64,000 nt of DNA from Octopus bimaculoides (lineage: Eukaryota): contig NC_068989.1 of the NCBI RefSeq assembly GCF_001194135.2, forward strand, positions 30,001,114 through 30,065,113, given 5' to 3'. How positions within the stretch are numbered: the first letter of the stretch is position 1; each line of letters opens with the position of its first letter. Shown one piece after another: positions 37,699 to 50,921 of this stretch. The notes beneath the pieces are model-generated. The model worked only from the letters and a program-made list of their open reading frames with translations. It did no database searches and was not told the origin of the DNA. A program made the translations under genes and the position numbers.

Positions 37699-38187
37699 NN
37701 NNNNNNNNNNNNNNNNNNNNNNNNNNNNNNNNNNNNNNNNNNNNNNNNNNNNNNNNNNNNNNNNNNNNNNNNNNNNNNNNNNNNNNNNNNNNNNNNNNNN
37801 NNNNNNNNNNNNNNNNNNNNNNNNNNNNNNNNNNNNNNNNNNNNNNNNNNNNNNNNNNNNNNNNNNNNNNNNNNNNNNNNNNNNNNNNNNNNNNNNNNNN
37901 NNNNNNNNNNNNNNNNNNNNNNNNNNNNNNNNNNNNNNNNNNNNNNNNNNNNNNNNNNNNNNNNNNNNNNNNNNNNNNNNNNNNNNNNNNNNNNNNNNNN
38001 NNNNNNNNNNNNNNNNNNNNNNNNNNNNNNNNNNNNNNNNNNNNNNNNNNNNNNNNNNNNNNNNNNNNNNNNNNNNNNNNNNNNNNNNNNNNNNNNNNNN
38101 NNNGCAACTAAGCATAGAAAATTCACAGTGACAAATTCCATCTGACCCATATGAACAAATGGATGTTAAAATGATGATGAAGATATG

Positions 38188-38247
<60 letters not shown>

Positions 38248-39399
38248 CACACACATACATACATATATATATGACACACATATACATATATGTATATACA
38301 TTTGTACATAGATATTTATATGTACATATAAATAATAAACTATCAACTAAAATTACTTTCTCTTGGACAAATATTTCCGCCAATATTCTCTATGTGTACT
38401 AAACAACTTCTATTTCTCACTTTTTTTGAAAAGTATTTCTACTGTAATGTAAATGATATAACTAATAGTCCCTTAAACAATCTGTACTGAAGTTATTCAG
38501 TGAAAATCAAAATAGTAGCTTCTGTGTACAAATATCAAGTGTATATTATATTTAAAATAAGGAAAACCAAAAAATCAAATTAAACAAATATATAAAATTT
38601 CCTTGCAAAATATTTCTCTTTGTGAAGAAACAGAAAAAAAAAACTGATGAAAAATGATTTGTATATGTGTGTGTATATACATACGTACATACATACATAT
38701 ATAGTTAATCAAATATATCCTTTGAGAATAAAGTGTACTGGATTTCAGGTAAGTGCTCTTAATATGAGAAATGTCTAAAACCTTAAAGGTATTCAGAGAT
38801 TCAATTACGATTAGAAAGTAAAAACAAGAAAAATTACATCACAAAAATCACAGTAGAGATACATCCGTATTATAAATAATATTGTATTAATAAATAAATA
38901 TATAAAGTATAACTATGATTATTTAAAAAGTTTTGAGATATAGTTTTCCTAATAATCATAAGTATCACCATATATTTAATAGATCAACAAATAAAATACC
39001 TTTTTCTACATTGCCAAACATAAGATCAATTATTGCCAGCTCTAATAGATGAAAACTTAATAAATATAAATATAGTTTAAGAAATAATACTAACAACTAT
39101 GATACTAGTAATGAAATACACAATAGTCCTACAGTGCCAAATAATACTCAATATAATACCAGTTCAATAGATAACATTACAAGAATACACAGCAATACTA
39201 TAACATTAACTAAATCTCAACAAAATTCCAATAATTATACATCTCAAAATATGCAAACCATTGGATATGACAAGACTTTAGGCAATCCAATACCACAATC
39301 TCATAACAATAGTAATATACAAGCAGTAAATTTACCAAATTCTATTATAAATGATTCCACAACAAATTTAAATATAACACCACACACCATAACAAATAA

Positions 39400-39860
39400 T
39401 CACGACACCATTAAATCTTATACCACAGAACAGAAACATACAACTAAATATTGCACATGTAAAAATAAAAAATCATGTCCTTTAGAAGACAAATGTAGAA
39501 AGTTCAACGTTATATATAAGTGTATTTTTACTAAAACTGCTAACTTACACAGTAAGGTATATATAGGGAGCTCTATTGACTTTAAACAAAGAATTTTAGC
39601 ACATATACATTTATTTAAACTGAATATTACGAATAACACTGCTTCATTGGTTACATATGTACATGAACTCAAACAAAAAAACATTAACTATAAATCATCC
39701 TGGTCAGTTATTGACTCAGCTACACCATATACACATAAATCTTCTGTTTGCTGTCTATGTACAAAACAATCGCTATATGTATTATTATACAAACAAAATA
39801 ATTTAATTAATTGCCAATTGGAAGCATTATCCACATGTAGACAGGTTTTATAAAACCTTT
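39400..39860 (+). mobile_element. Penelope-like element GIY-YIG endonuclease relic
   Basis: CTCKNKKSCPLEDKC..NVIYKC..KVYIGSS..FKQRILAH..W.V...CCLC in ORF 39134-39853. Confidence 0.85.
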
Positions 39861-40928
39861 AAACACTATAAGAGATCATCAAGATACGATTCACATTAAT
39901 ATCTTGTATTTCATATTGTGGTATCATAATAAAATAGTAGGATTGTTGTAAGAAAATAGAAACATAAAATTGAATTATTTTAAACTATGCACATGTTCAC
40001 ATAATATAGATTATCCATTACATGAGTGCCTGAAATATGTCTACTTGAGACTTGAAACTGTACTCCTCTAATGTATAACAAACTGGTTTTAAATATAATA
40101 CTTTAAATATAACACATTAATTTACTCTATATAGGGTCAGTACACAGATACTTTTACATTTGCATGAAATATGATATTGATATCTTCCAGTGCTTCATGT
40201 AAGTGTTCCATTCATCTAACTGAAGAAACGTACACACATGTGGATCTCAAAAAGGCACAAAAATGTAAACCTAAAGACGTAACAAACTTTTTCCTTTTTC
40301 CTTTTTCTTTTCATTTCACTTTTTGTCCTATCTATATTCCTCTGATAAACTCTAAATCATTCTCTAAATGAAACAAGATAAATGCAAATTTACTTTGAAA
40401 TAACAAACTGAAACAGCTATAAATGTTCTTGAACTACAATTAAACTATGACCTTTTAATTTTAATACCAATGACCAACTTCTAATTGTTAATTGTTGCTC
40501 CATTTCTTTTCTTATTTGAATATACTAAACCAAGGTTTACCATTTAAATTACCAACTACTATTAACCTTATAGCAAGGCCTATACATAGTGAAGTAATAC
40601 ACCAGTAGTGCCTGTGGATACATTTATCCCTTAGATGGTTGCATAATCTCTAACTCATAATTTTCTTCATATACTTTATGCACAATTTTATAGACTTAAT
40701 ACACAGCACTTATAAAATAAATATTCACTCTTATTTTTCCGTTTTTCTCATACACACACAAAAAAAATCCCATACATATGATACAACCTTTAGTTAAATT
40801 GTATATATATCTACCATGTAAATAAGCGTGGATATTTCATGGAATTGCGCTTATGTGCGTCCATTAAGTGATAGGTAATATAAAAAACTTTGTTCAATTA
40901 AAGGAAAAAACTTTTCACTATCCAATCA

Positions 40929-41215
40929 CCTCTCTCTCTCTTCCACCTCTCTCTTCCACCTCTCTCTTCCACCTCTCTCTCTTCCACCTCTCTCTCTTCC
41001 ATCTCTCTCGCTTCCACCTCTCTCTCTTCCATCTCTCTCGCTTCCACCTCTCTCTCTTCCATCTCTCTCTCTTCCATCTCTCTCTCTTCCATCTCTCTCT
41101 CTTCCATCTCTCTCCCTTCCATCTCTCTCTCTTCTATCTCTCTCTCTTCCATCTCTCTCTCTTCCATCTCTCTCTCTTCCATCTCTCTCTCTCTGTCTCT
41201 GTCTCTCTTCCCTCT
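40929..41215. repeat. 15-bp minisatellite (CTCTCTCTTCCA[C/T]CT)n
   Basis: Direct reading; gives HLSLF / EMEER pseudo-ORFs. Confidence 0.9.
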
Positions 41216-41593
41216 CTCTCTGCCTTTTTTAACCTCACCATCAGAACAACACCTCTCTGCTAAAATTATATTTTTAACTCTCCTACCTTCAACTAACTTT
41301 TTAACCATGTAATAAATATTACATACCCCCTATCTCACATCATGAACACTCCTCTTTCCCTCTTTCTGTCTCATTCTTCGTCTTATCCTCTTATCTCTCC
41401 TTTATCTTTCTCCTCTCTTTCCCTTCAACTAATCACGTGAAAGCATTACAATTACATTCTCTTTACCTCACATCATGAATGCTCCTCTCTCCCTCTTTTC
41501 TCTTTCCTTCTTTTTTCTTCCTCTTTTTCTTTAATCATACAAATGCATTACTGATAGGCTAAGTAATACAATGACAAGCAAAATTATTATAAA

Positions 41594-41969
41594 ATAATCC
41601 TTGGATGGAACTTATGAACATTTAATGCATTGCCACATGCATTTCCACAAATCATATGTCTCTTGAGAACACAGTTCATATTCCTGAGATGATTACAGTG
41701 CAGTCCATAGTATCTGTGGGCAGTGGGTTGATCATCTTCTTGGAGTCATTTCTTCAGGTGATATAACATTAATGGATGTAGAACAGAGGGATGTTTATCC
41801 CTTTTTATCAGTATGAAGGTTAAGCGAGTTACATCAACCCAATGCCCACAGATACTATGGACTACACTGTAATCATCCCAGAAATATGGACTGTAATCTT
41901 AAGAAATGTGATTTGTGAAAATGCATGTAGCAATGCATTAAATGTTTATAAATTCCATCCAAGGATTAT
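41594..41969. mobile_element. Foldback/MITE with about 138-bp imperfect inverted arms and a 100-bp spacer
   Basis: 41594-41732 (ataatccttggatggaa...tgggttgat) versus 41833-41969 (atcaaccca...ttccatccaaggattat). Confidence 0.85.
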
Positions 41970-42143
41970 TAATTATTATTATATTTATTGTACATTATAT
42001 TGGTACAGCTCAATGTAACCCTGAAAAACTAGTTCACCAGTCAGCATCATTTGACTGTAGGTGGCATAATGGAATAGGTACTTTATTTGCATATTCAAAA
42101 TGTTTCCCATAAACAAATTTAGAAGATACATATACATACGTAC

Positions 42144-42197
<54 letters not shown>

Positions 42198-42412
42198 TCA
42201 TANNNNNNNNNNNNNNNNNNNNNNNNNNNNNNNNNNNNNNNNNNNNNNNNNNNNNNNNNNNNNNNNNNNNNNNNNNNNNNNNNNNNNNNNNNNNNNNNNN
42301 NNNNNNNNNNNNNNNNNNNNNNNNNNNNNNNNNNNNNNNNNNNNNNNNNNNNNNNNNNNNNNNNNNNNNNNNNNNNNNNNNNNNNNNNNNNNNNNNNNNN
42401 NNNNNNNNNNNN

Positions 42413-42451
<39 letters not shown>

Positions 42452-42699
42452 GGTATTAATAGAAATGAAAAAATAGTAATCTATAAATATAAAAATGCAA
42501 ACAACTATCAGATTAAAATTTCCACAAATAAAGACATATTACAATTATAATGTTAAGTAAGTTTATAGTATAGAAAGGATTTATATTTAAAATGTTGACA
42601 TCTCAAAATAAGTGCATCAGGGCAATTAATCAAAATCACATTATTTTTACTGTTTTTATTGATGTAAAATGCCTCTGATATACAAAGATTACTGCATCT

Positions 42700-42970
42700 A
42701 TTACCACCACTATAAGGTTGTGCACAATCAAGAATTGATCAATAAATTTCATATTCAATATTATGATCTATCAATGAATGTACAAATTTAGCTAGGGATG
42801 TATAATTAGCCGTCTTTAAATGTAGATCTATGATTATTCCATCTGATTTTAAATGATGAAGAAGATGCACCAATGTATACATGTTCATTACCAAGGGCCA
42901 TAATTGAACATTTATATACAATGTTTTTCCTAAGACATTGGTTATTAATAAGGTATTTGCAAAAAGTAAA

Positions 42971-43010
<40 letters not shown>

Positions 43011-43230
43011 GGTATAATACAATCAGTTAAATTATAAATGGTAACATTATTATTACTAGAGTTAGAAGTATAGTTATGATTATTATTTAGGTTAGATATT
43101 ATAGATGGATGAGTGCTGTTAGTATTATTTGCTGAATTTAATATATTATTATATGCTTGATTATTAGAATCTAGATGTTTTAGTTTTTGATAATTAAATC
43201 TAGATATATACTCAGCAATCAATATTGGGT
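42700..43230 (-). mobile_element. Penelope-like GIY-YIG relic
   Basis: CLRKNIVYKC..HVYIGASSSSFKIRWNNH in ORF 42806-43222. Confidence 0.8.
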
Positions 43231-45294
43231 GTATTAGAGTAGGATAATTAACAATATGTCTATTGAAGATTTGATGATATGGGCTGGAAGAACTTTTTTG
43301 CTACATCAGATGCAATATTTAGACTAAAAAGGGGGTGGGGGTTAAACCATAAACCATTTTTATATAAAATACATTTTCTACAATATAAATTATGAAATTT
43401 GTCATTTATACCATGTATATTTTTTTATAAACTACTACTATAATAATAATTATTATTATCTATATTACTCTTTTACTCTTTTACTTGTTTTAGTCATTTG
43501 ACTGCGGCCATGCTGGAGCACCGCCTTTAGTCAAGCAAATCGACCCCAGAACTTATTCTTTGTAACCGCTAAGTTATGTGGACGTAAACGCACCAGCATC
43601 GGTTGTCAAGCGATGTTGGGGGGGACAAACACAGACACAGAAACACATATATATATATATACATATATACGACAGGCTTCTTTNNNNNNNNNNNNNNNNN
43701 NNNNNNNNNNNNNNNNNNNNNNNNNNNNNNNNNNNNNNNNNNNNNNNNNNNNNNNNNNNNNNNNNNNNNNNNNNNNNNNNNNNNNNNNNNNNNNNNNNNN
43801 NNNNNNNNNNNNNNNNNNNNNNNNNNNNNNNNNNNNNNNNNNNNNNNNNNNNNNNNNNNNNNNNNNNNNNNNNNNNNNNNNNNNNNNNNNNNNNNNNNNN
43901 NNNNNNNNNNNNNNNNNNNNNNNNNNNNNNNNNNNNNNNNNNNNNNNNNNNNNNNNNNNNNNNNNNNNNNNNNNNNNNNNNNNNNNNNNNNNNNNNNNNN
44001 NNNNNNNNNNNNNNNNNNNNNNNNNNNNNNNNNNNNNNNNNNNNNNNNNNNNNNNNNNNNNNNNNNNNNNNNNNNNNNNNNNNNNNNNNNNNNNNNNNNN
44101 NNNNNNNNNNNNNNNNNNNNNNNNNNNNNNNNNNNNNNNNNNNNNNNNNNNNNNNNNNNNNNNNNNNNNNNNNNNNNNNNNNNNNNNNNNNNNNNNNNNN
44201 NNNNNNNNNNNNNNNNNNNNNNNNNNNNNNNNNNNNNNNNNNNNNNNNNNNNNNNNNNNNNNNNNNNNNNNNNNNNNNNNNNNNNNNNNNNNNNNAGTAA
44301 TATATGTATTATTTGAAGGTAAATATTTATTATTTAGATTATCAATATCAAATATAGAATTTATATGATTATTAACATTAAATTCAGGAAGAAAATCTAT
44401 TTCACCTGATGACATAGCACAAATTCTGCATTATTTTCAGATAATTTTTTACATTTTGTAATAGTGCAGACATGCAAGTAATTTATCTATGATTAGATAT
44501 GTTGATATAAGTTATTTACATACTTTTTGAGTTATGAAACAAAGTTGTAGAGTTATTTGGATTTTTTATTTTTAAATAAAGATTCATCTAAATATTTCTC
44601 TATCATTTATGACTCTGTGTGTGTTTGTGTGTGTGTGTGTGTGCATGTGTGTGTGTGTGTGTGTGTGTCTGTGTGTGTATGAAACATGTATGTATTTATA
44701 TGAATGTATCATCATTGTTTTAATACCTACTTTTCCATGCTTGCATGGATCACATGAGAGTATGTTGAGGTGATGGCTTTCCTATCACCAAACTTCTCTG
44801 TCACATGAAGCTATTACAAACAGTAAATGAGCACAGGTGAAGACAAAAGAACTCATTCACACACATGCACAGGCACACGCACAGACACACAGACAGACAG
44901 ACACACACAGACACACACAGACACACACAAACACACACAAATTCAGTATGGGTATAAACTTTATAGTTTGCTTAACAAAGCTTGTTTATAGGCATTGGTT
45001 AACATATCCTATCATCCAGTGAGATTGATGCATCATATCTGAAATTGCATGATATGCAAAGAGTTTATTCAAAAGTATGAATAATAGAAATAAGATTGAG
45101 CAACATATACCTACTACATATATCTACTCATTATATGCACATATATGTATCTATTCCTGCACATATATACAATATTAACAGACTAACATATGTAATTACC
45201 ACCCTCATATACAGATATACACACACACACATATATATAGACATATACACACACACACATATATATAGACATATACACACACACAACAACAACA

Positions 45295-46990
45295 ACATTA
45301 TACAGACGTACAGGAGGGCTACCCTCCCGGTATATGATAGTATTAACCAAGAAGCCAGAGATATAGCATTTAAACTAGGCATAGAAGAGAGGGTAGAGAC
45401 GCTGGTGAAGAAAGAGGCCTTCATAACGATCAAGGATCATAAACCAAACTTTGACTCTAACCCTAAATGCAGGCTGATAAACCCGGTGAAGTCTGAGATC
45501 AGACAGGAGAGCAAACAGTTCATCAGAAAGATCAGTAATGATGTTAGAAATGCCTATGATCTTGCCCTATGGTGCAACACCAATGAGGTCATTACATGGT
45601 TTAAAGCCAATAGCAGTAGGAGTTAGAGCTAGGTTTACCCAATTTGATATAGTGGATTTCTAGCCATCTATATAAAGGGAGCTCCTGTTAAAGGCACTGG
45701 ACTTTGCTAGTCCTTAGCGACAAGGACAAACACATTATCATGCATGCCAGAAGAATCCTACTCTTCAGTAAGGGTTTGGCTTGGGCCACACATACTGACT
45801 CAGGGGATTCCTTCAACAAGGTAATGGGTGCCTTCGAAAGTGCTGACTTATGTGACCTAGTTGGTCTCTTCATCCTAGATATACTAAAAAAGAAATTCCC
45901 TTCAACTAGCTTTGGCCTCTACAGAGATGACATGCTGGCAATATAAGAAGGGCTAATGGCCACATGCTAGATAAGCTCAGAAAGGACCTTATAGTTACCA
46001 TGAACTCCCTTGAACTGAAGGTCACAATAGAGACCAACCTGAAAACAATAGATTTCCTTGATGTGAGCCTGGATCTGGAATCTGGTGCCTATAAGCCCTT
46101 TAGGAAACCAAATGAGAAACTATCATACATTAACACAAGTTCCTGCCATCCAGCCATAGTGTTCAGGAACCTGGTTAAGGTGTCAGCAGGAGAATCTCTG
46201 GCTATCTTCAAGCAAAGAGATCTTTTATGCTGCCACCCTGTAGTACATCTGGGCTCTGGTTGCCAGCAGTTTCAAGCATAGTATTAGTTACATGCCAGAC
46301 ACTACAAAGAGAAAGTGCCACCGGAAAGTGTTGTGCTTCTTGCTGCCCTTCTCTTTAAATGTTAAGACCAGAGTAGATAAGCTCTTCCTTACTTTAGTTG
46401 ATAAACACTTCCATCATATTAATAGATTCAACAAAATATTTAATAGATACACCCTGAGACTATCCTTTAACTGTGCAGTGTAAAAAAGATTTTAGTAGGT
46501 AGGCCTACACCCGAGGCAAAGGCAGGATGCTCATGCAGAGCTAATGCAACTTGTCTACTGAATGGCCACTGTAACATGGAGACAGTTGTATACGAAGTAG
46601 AGGTAACAGCCATAGGACCCAACGGGCAACCAAGCATAAAGAAATATGTGGGGGCAACGGAAGGCCCCTTCAGAACCTGCTTTAACAACCACAAGTTCTC
46701 CTTCAACATCCTTGTGAGATGTAATGCCACAACCCTAGCCAAGCACATTTGGTCTTTGAAAGAAAGCACCACAGAGTACAGCATAAAGTGAAAGATCCTG
46801 GAAAATGCAAACCATACTTCAATAGCAGCAGGAAGTGCAGGTTGTGCTTGGCTGAGAAGAGAGCAATTTTAAAGGGTCCCCAATGCCCAGATATTTCCCT
46901 GAATAGCAGGAATGATGTGTTTAATCCTTGCCCACATGGAAAGAAGTACATCCTATTGTACCTGTGTGCCCCATCATGACCGCAACCATA
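45295..46990 (+). mobile_element. Penelope-like element, RT plus GIY-YIG, frameshifted
   Basis: FITIKDHKPNF..KCRLINP..SEI, MGAFESADLCDLVG, GLYRDD, IDFLDVSLDL, KKYVGATEGPF..FNNH, CRLCLAEK. Confidence 0.92.
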
Positions 46991-48489
46991 AGTCCCCAGG
47001 ATCGACCTTCCACCAATATCCTTGGGCCTAGCAAAGAGTTTGACCTGAGTACACATCAATGCACCCATATACACACATGCACATCCTTACATGGCAGACA
47101 CCTCACAAAATAGTCTCTCATTAGCCCCAACATATACCCCTTCACACAAATTGTACCTACACACACACACATTACACACCGCAGGCTAACATAAAACCCC
47201 CACAACCTTAGCCAGTATGAAAAGAAAACAGACCAACGAACACAATTATATATACCTACATCCCTGAAAATTATGCATATGACACTACTACACATACTAC
47301 ACACCCCATCCCCAAAATAAAAAAATCATTAATGGGAATGAGAAATTCAATCTAAGAATTCATTGAGTCATCTTCTTCAGCTAAGATGTAGACAAATTAC
47401 TAAAATATATTGGAGGTAGAATAATAATATTTCTCATTAAACCTCACTTAATAACACACACTTTCTCCACAAACACTTCAAGATAACTCTTACTGGCTTT
47501 ACAGTGTACCCAACCAAGGGACATAACTCCTAACCTAATCCCCTGGCCTCTTTCCCTTTTCACAGCAGCCGCAAACTGGATGTGTTAATTCACCTCTGAC
47601 AATAGAGAGCAGTCACCATATTCTCTTCCATATCAGCTAACTCTGATGAGCATAAGGTTATATAATTAGATTGTTACTTAACACTCCATTGTATTTTTTG
47701 CATGAAACTGATTGTTAAAATCAGCCGTGATGGATATATAATACTGTACATTTTGGAAAATACACACACACACACATATATATATGGGGAGAGAGAGGGA
47801 GAGAGAGAGAGAGAGAGAGATAGAGAGAGAGAGAGAAACAGAGACAGGGAGATACATATATATACTCATCTACTTTTAAATAGATTATACTCACACATAA
47901 ATATGCAACTGCACATAGTATTTATTTCAAAACCGCCCATGCAGAATTAATAATTAATAATTAACACAAGATTTCTTTAAAGTTAAACGATAATAGATTG
48001 TGTATAAATACATACATAGTTTTAAATACATTAGATATTTGTGCTGCTATAGGAATACAGATTTAGTTATATATACATCAGTTGGTGTATGATTTTGTAG
48101 CAAAAATTATATATGCATATAATTAACTAAAAGCAAATTAAAACATTACATATTCATGCTCTACATGAATACCGATATAGGTATGTATGCACTAATTAGT
48201 GTAAAATTGCACATCAAAAATGCATACACAGTAGAAGATTGCACAACAAAATGTATACACATATATAATTAAATATACAAATGGAATTTATGTTTTTTCC
48301 AAATTCCTAAAATAAACATTTGATTCTTTGGTTACATTTTGCAGTGAGTTCAGAGTGTCTGTAAATAAGTTCACCTCTGCCCATTAAAATGCACAGTGCC
48401 TCCTCAGAGCAAATATTGCATGATTTAGAATATGCATTGTATGGGTATGCATTTTTTACCACTATCCATTATATATCATAATCTATTTT

Positions 48490-48760
48490 GCTTTCTCTGA
48501 GACTCTAAATCAGGTCAGCAAGGGATTGTTGTGTCTTTGTCAATGTTATGAAATGATGCAATGTTATTGTGGTAATGATTTTTTAAGTAATTGCTTGTTG
48601 CACCTACATATGCAAATGTCTTTGCTCTTGCCCAGACCACACATTTGTATACAATGTTCTTATAGATGCGTTCATTTCCTAGAGGACAAGTAACTCTGTT
48701 TCTAAAATTACATACTAAACTGCTTTCAAATTGATCATTACAAGCCATTTTTGATGTTTC
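48490..48760 (-). mobile_element. Penelope-like GIY-YIG relic
   Basis: CNFRNRVTCPLGN..NIVYKC..AYVGATS in ORF 48515-48748; next to (ATT)n at about 48775-48925. Confidence 0.75.
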
Positions 48761-48861
48761 TATTTACCATCTTATTATTATTATTGCTATTATTATTATT
48801 ATTATTATTATTATAATTATTATTATTATTATTGTTATTATTATTATCATCATCAGTATTA

Positions 48862-48923
<62 letters not shown>

Positions 48924-49384
48924 GCTTTCAGTGTTACTATTATTGTTGATCCCAACATCATTATTATCAAAATTGTCATTATTAACATTTTTATTTACAT
49001 TACTGTCATTATTGTCAATACTATTGCTTAAATTGAAATTATACAGACTGGTGTGATTATATTCTCTATTATTATGGTTATATATTCTTATGACATCAAC
49101 AACATATAATTTTTGCTGGTAAGAATAAAGTTTTTAAAATGGATAGAGAACTTTGAAGAATTGCTTTGGGACAATGGTAGAGTTCATGTCATGTCTACCA
49201 GAGACAAGTTCAAGTCCCATGGGCAGCGTTTAGCATTTTTTATCCTAAAAGGTTTTACAGCCCAATATTTACATGCTGCTATTTATAGCTTTATGTGAGC
49301 CTTAAAACCACTATTCCAAAAAAAGGATTCATTTATTCATTCATACATACATACACATTACATGCACCCACTGTGACTCATTGG

Positions 49385-50075
49385 GTCACAACCATTCCAA
49401 GTTGAAAATCTTGATGTGCAGTGGGAAAGGAAAAAATACTTTCTTGAACTTCATGCAATAAAATTCTTAAATAATACAGTTCTCCTGCCTTTGGTGTGAC
49501 AACATAAACACAACCAAATGTTTCTTCTTTGAAAACATTCTAATGGCCTTCAACTTTTTTCTTCACTGTCTCCTTTGCCATTTTTGTTGCTACTGTTCCA
49601 AGTGAAATATATGGGTACTTCAGCAAAAAATAATGCTTCTGCAAAGTCATCATTGATGCACAATGAAAAGAATTCTGTCAATGTTGTTCCCAAAAGTCGT
49701 TCATTGACAGCCATATATATCCTCATTATTTCTGAGCAATATCCTTTGTTCATCTGGGAGATGAACTTGCAGTCTCACTATTGCAGGTGCTCTTTCATGA
49801 ACTGAAAATCCTAAAATAGATGCAACTGCTTTGGATGGTCTAATATACCAACCCATTAGATATTGACTAATTTCATTATTATTGTTTATTTGAACAGCAG
49901 CTTGGTCATTTCCTTTCAGCATGTACTTGATGACGTACTTAATTGACCTCACTGAAGCTACAATTTCAACATTGCAATGGTATTTGAATCCTCTTAAAAG
50001 AGTTTCATTATAAGGTACAGCCCATTTGTTGCTTGTTTTTCCATTCTTATGAGGTTCAACTCCTCTTATTGAACT
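49385..50075 (-). mobile_element. Helitron Rep/helicase fragment
   Basis: SNKWAVPYN..HCNVE..SVRSIKYVIKY..KGND..EISQY..SILGFSVHER..LQVHLP, TTLTEFF..EVP.YFTWN, then G.VY.V.P..GELYYLRILLHEV. Confidence 0.85.
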
Positions 50076-50865
50076 GATCTTAATCTATAAAGAGATAGTC
50101 TCTCAGTCTGTTTTTCTNNNNNNNNNNNNNNNNNNNNNNNNNNNNNNNNNNNNNNNNNNNNNNNNNNNNNNNNNNNNNNNNNNNNNNNNNNNNNNNNNNN
50201 NNNNNNNNNNNNNNNNNNNNNNNNNNNNNNNNNNNNNNNNNNNNNNNNNNNNNNNNNNNNNNNNNNNNNNNNNNNNNNNNNNNNNNNNNNNNNNNNNNNN
50301 NNNNNNNNNNNNNNNNNNNNNNNNNNNNNNNNNNNNNNNNNNNNNNNNNNNNNNNNNNNNNNNNNNNNNNNNNNNNNNNNNNNNNNNNNNNNNNNNNNNN
50401 NNNNNNNNNNNNNNNNNNNNNNNNNNNNNNNNNNNNNNNNNNNNNNNNNNNNNNNNNNNNNNNNNNNNNNNNNNNNNNNNNNNNNNNNNNNNNNNNNNNN
50501 NNNNNNNNNNNNNNNNNNNNNNNNNNNNNNNNNNNNNNNNNNNNNNNNNNNNNNNNNNNNNNNNNNNNNNNNNNNNNNNNNNNNNNNNNNNNNNNNNNNN
50601 NNNNNNNNNNNNNNNNNNNNNNNNNNNNNNNNNNNNNNNNNNNNNNNNNNNNNNNNNNNNNNNNNNNNNNNNNNNNNNNNNNNNNNNNNNNNNNNNNNNN
50701 NNNNNNNNNNNNNNNNNNNNNNNNNNNNNNNNNNNNNNNNNNNNNNNNNNNNNNNNNNNNNNNNNNNNNNNNNNNNNNNNNNNNNNNNNNNNNNNNNNNN
50801 NNNNNNNNNNNNNNNNNNNNNNNNNNNNNNNNNNNNNNNNNNNNNNNNNNNNNNNNNNNNNNNNN

Positions 50866-50921
<56 letters not shown>

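Noticed and set aside
47643-47670. CTGATGAGC downstream of the Penelope at 45.3-47 kb as a hammerhead core
   Set aside because: No GAAA or closing stems follow.
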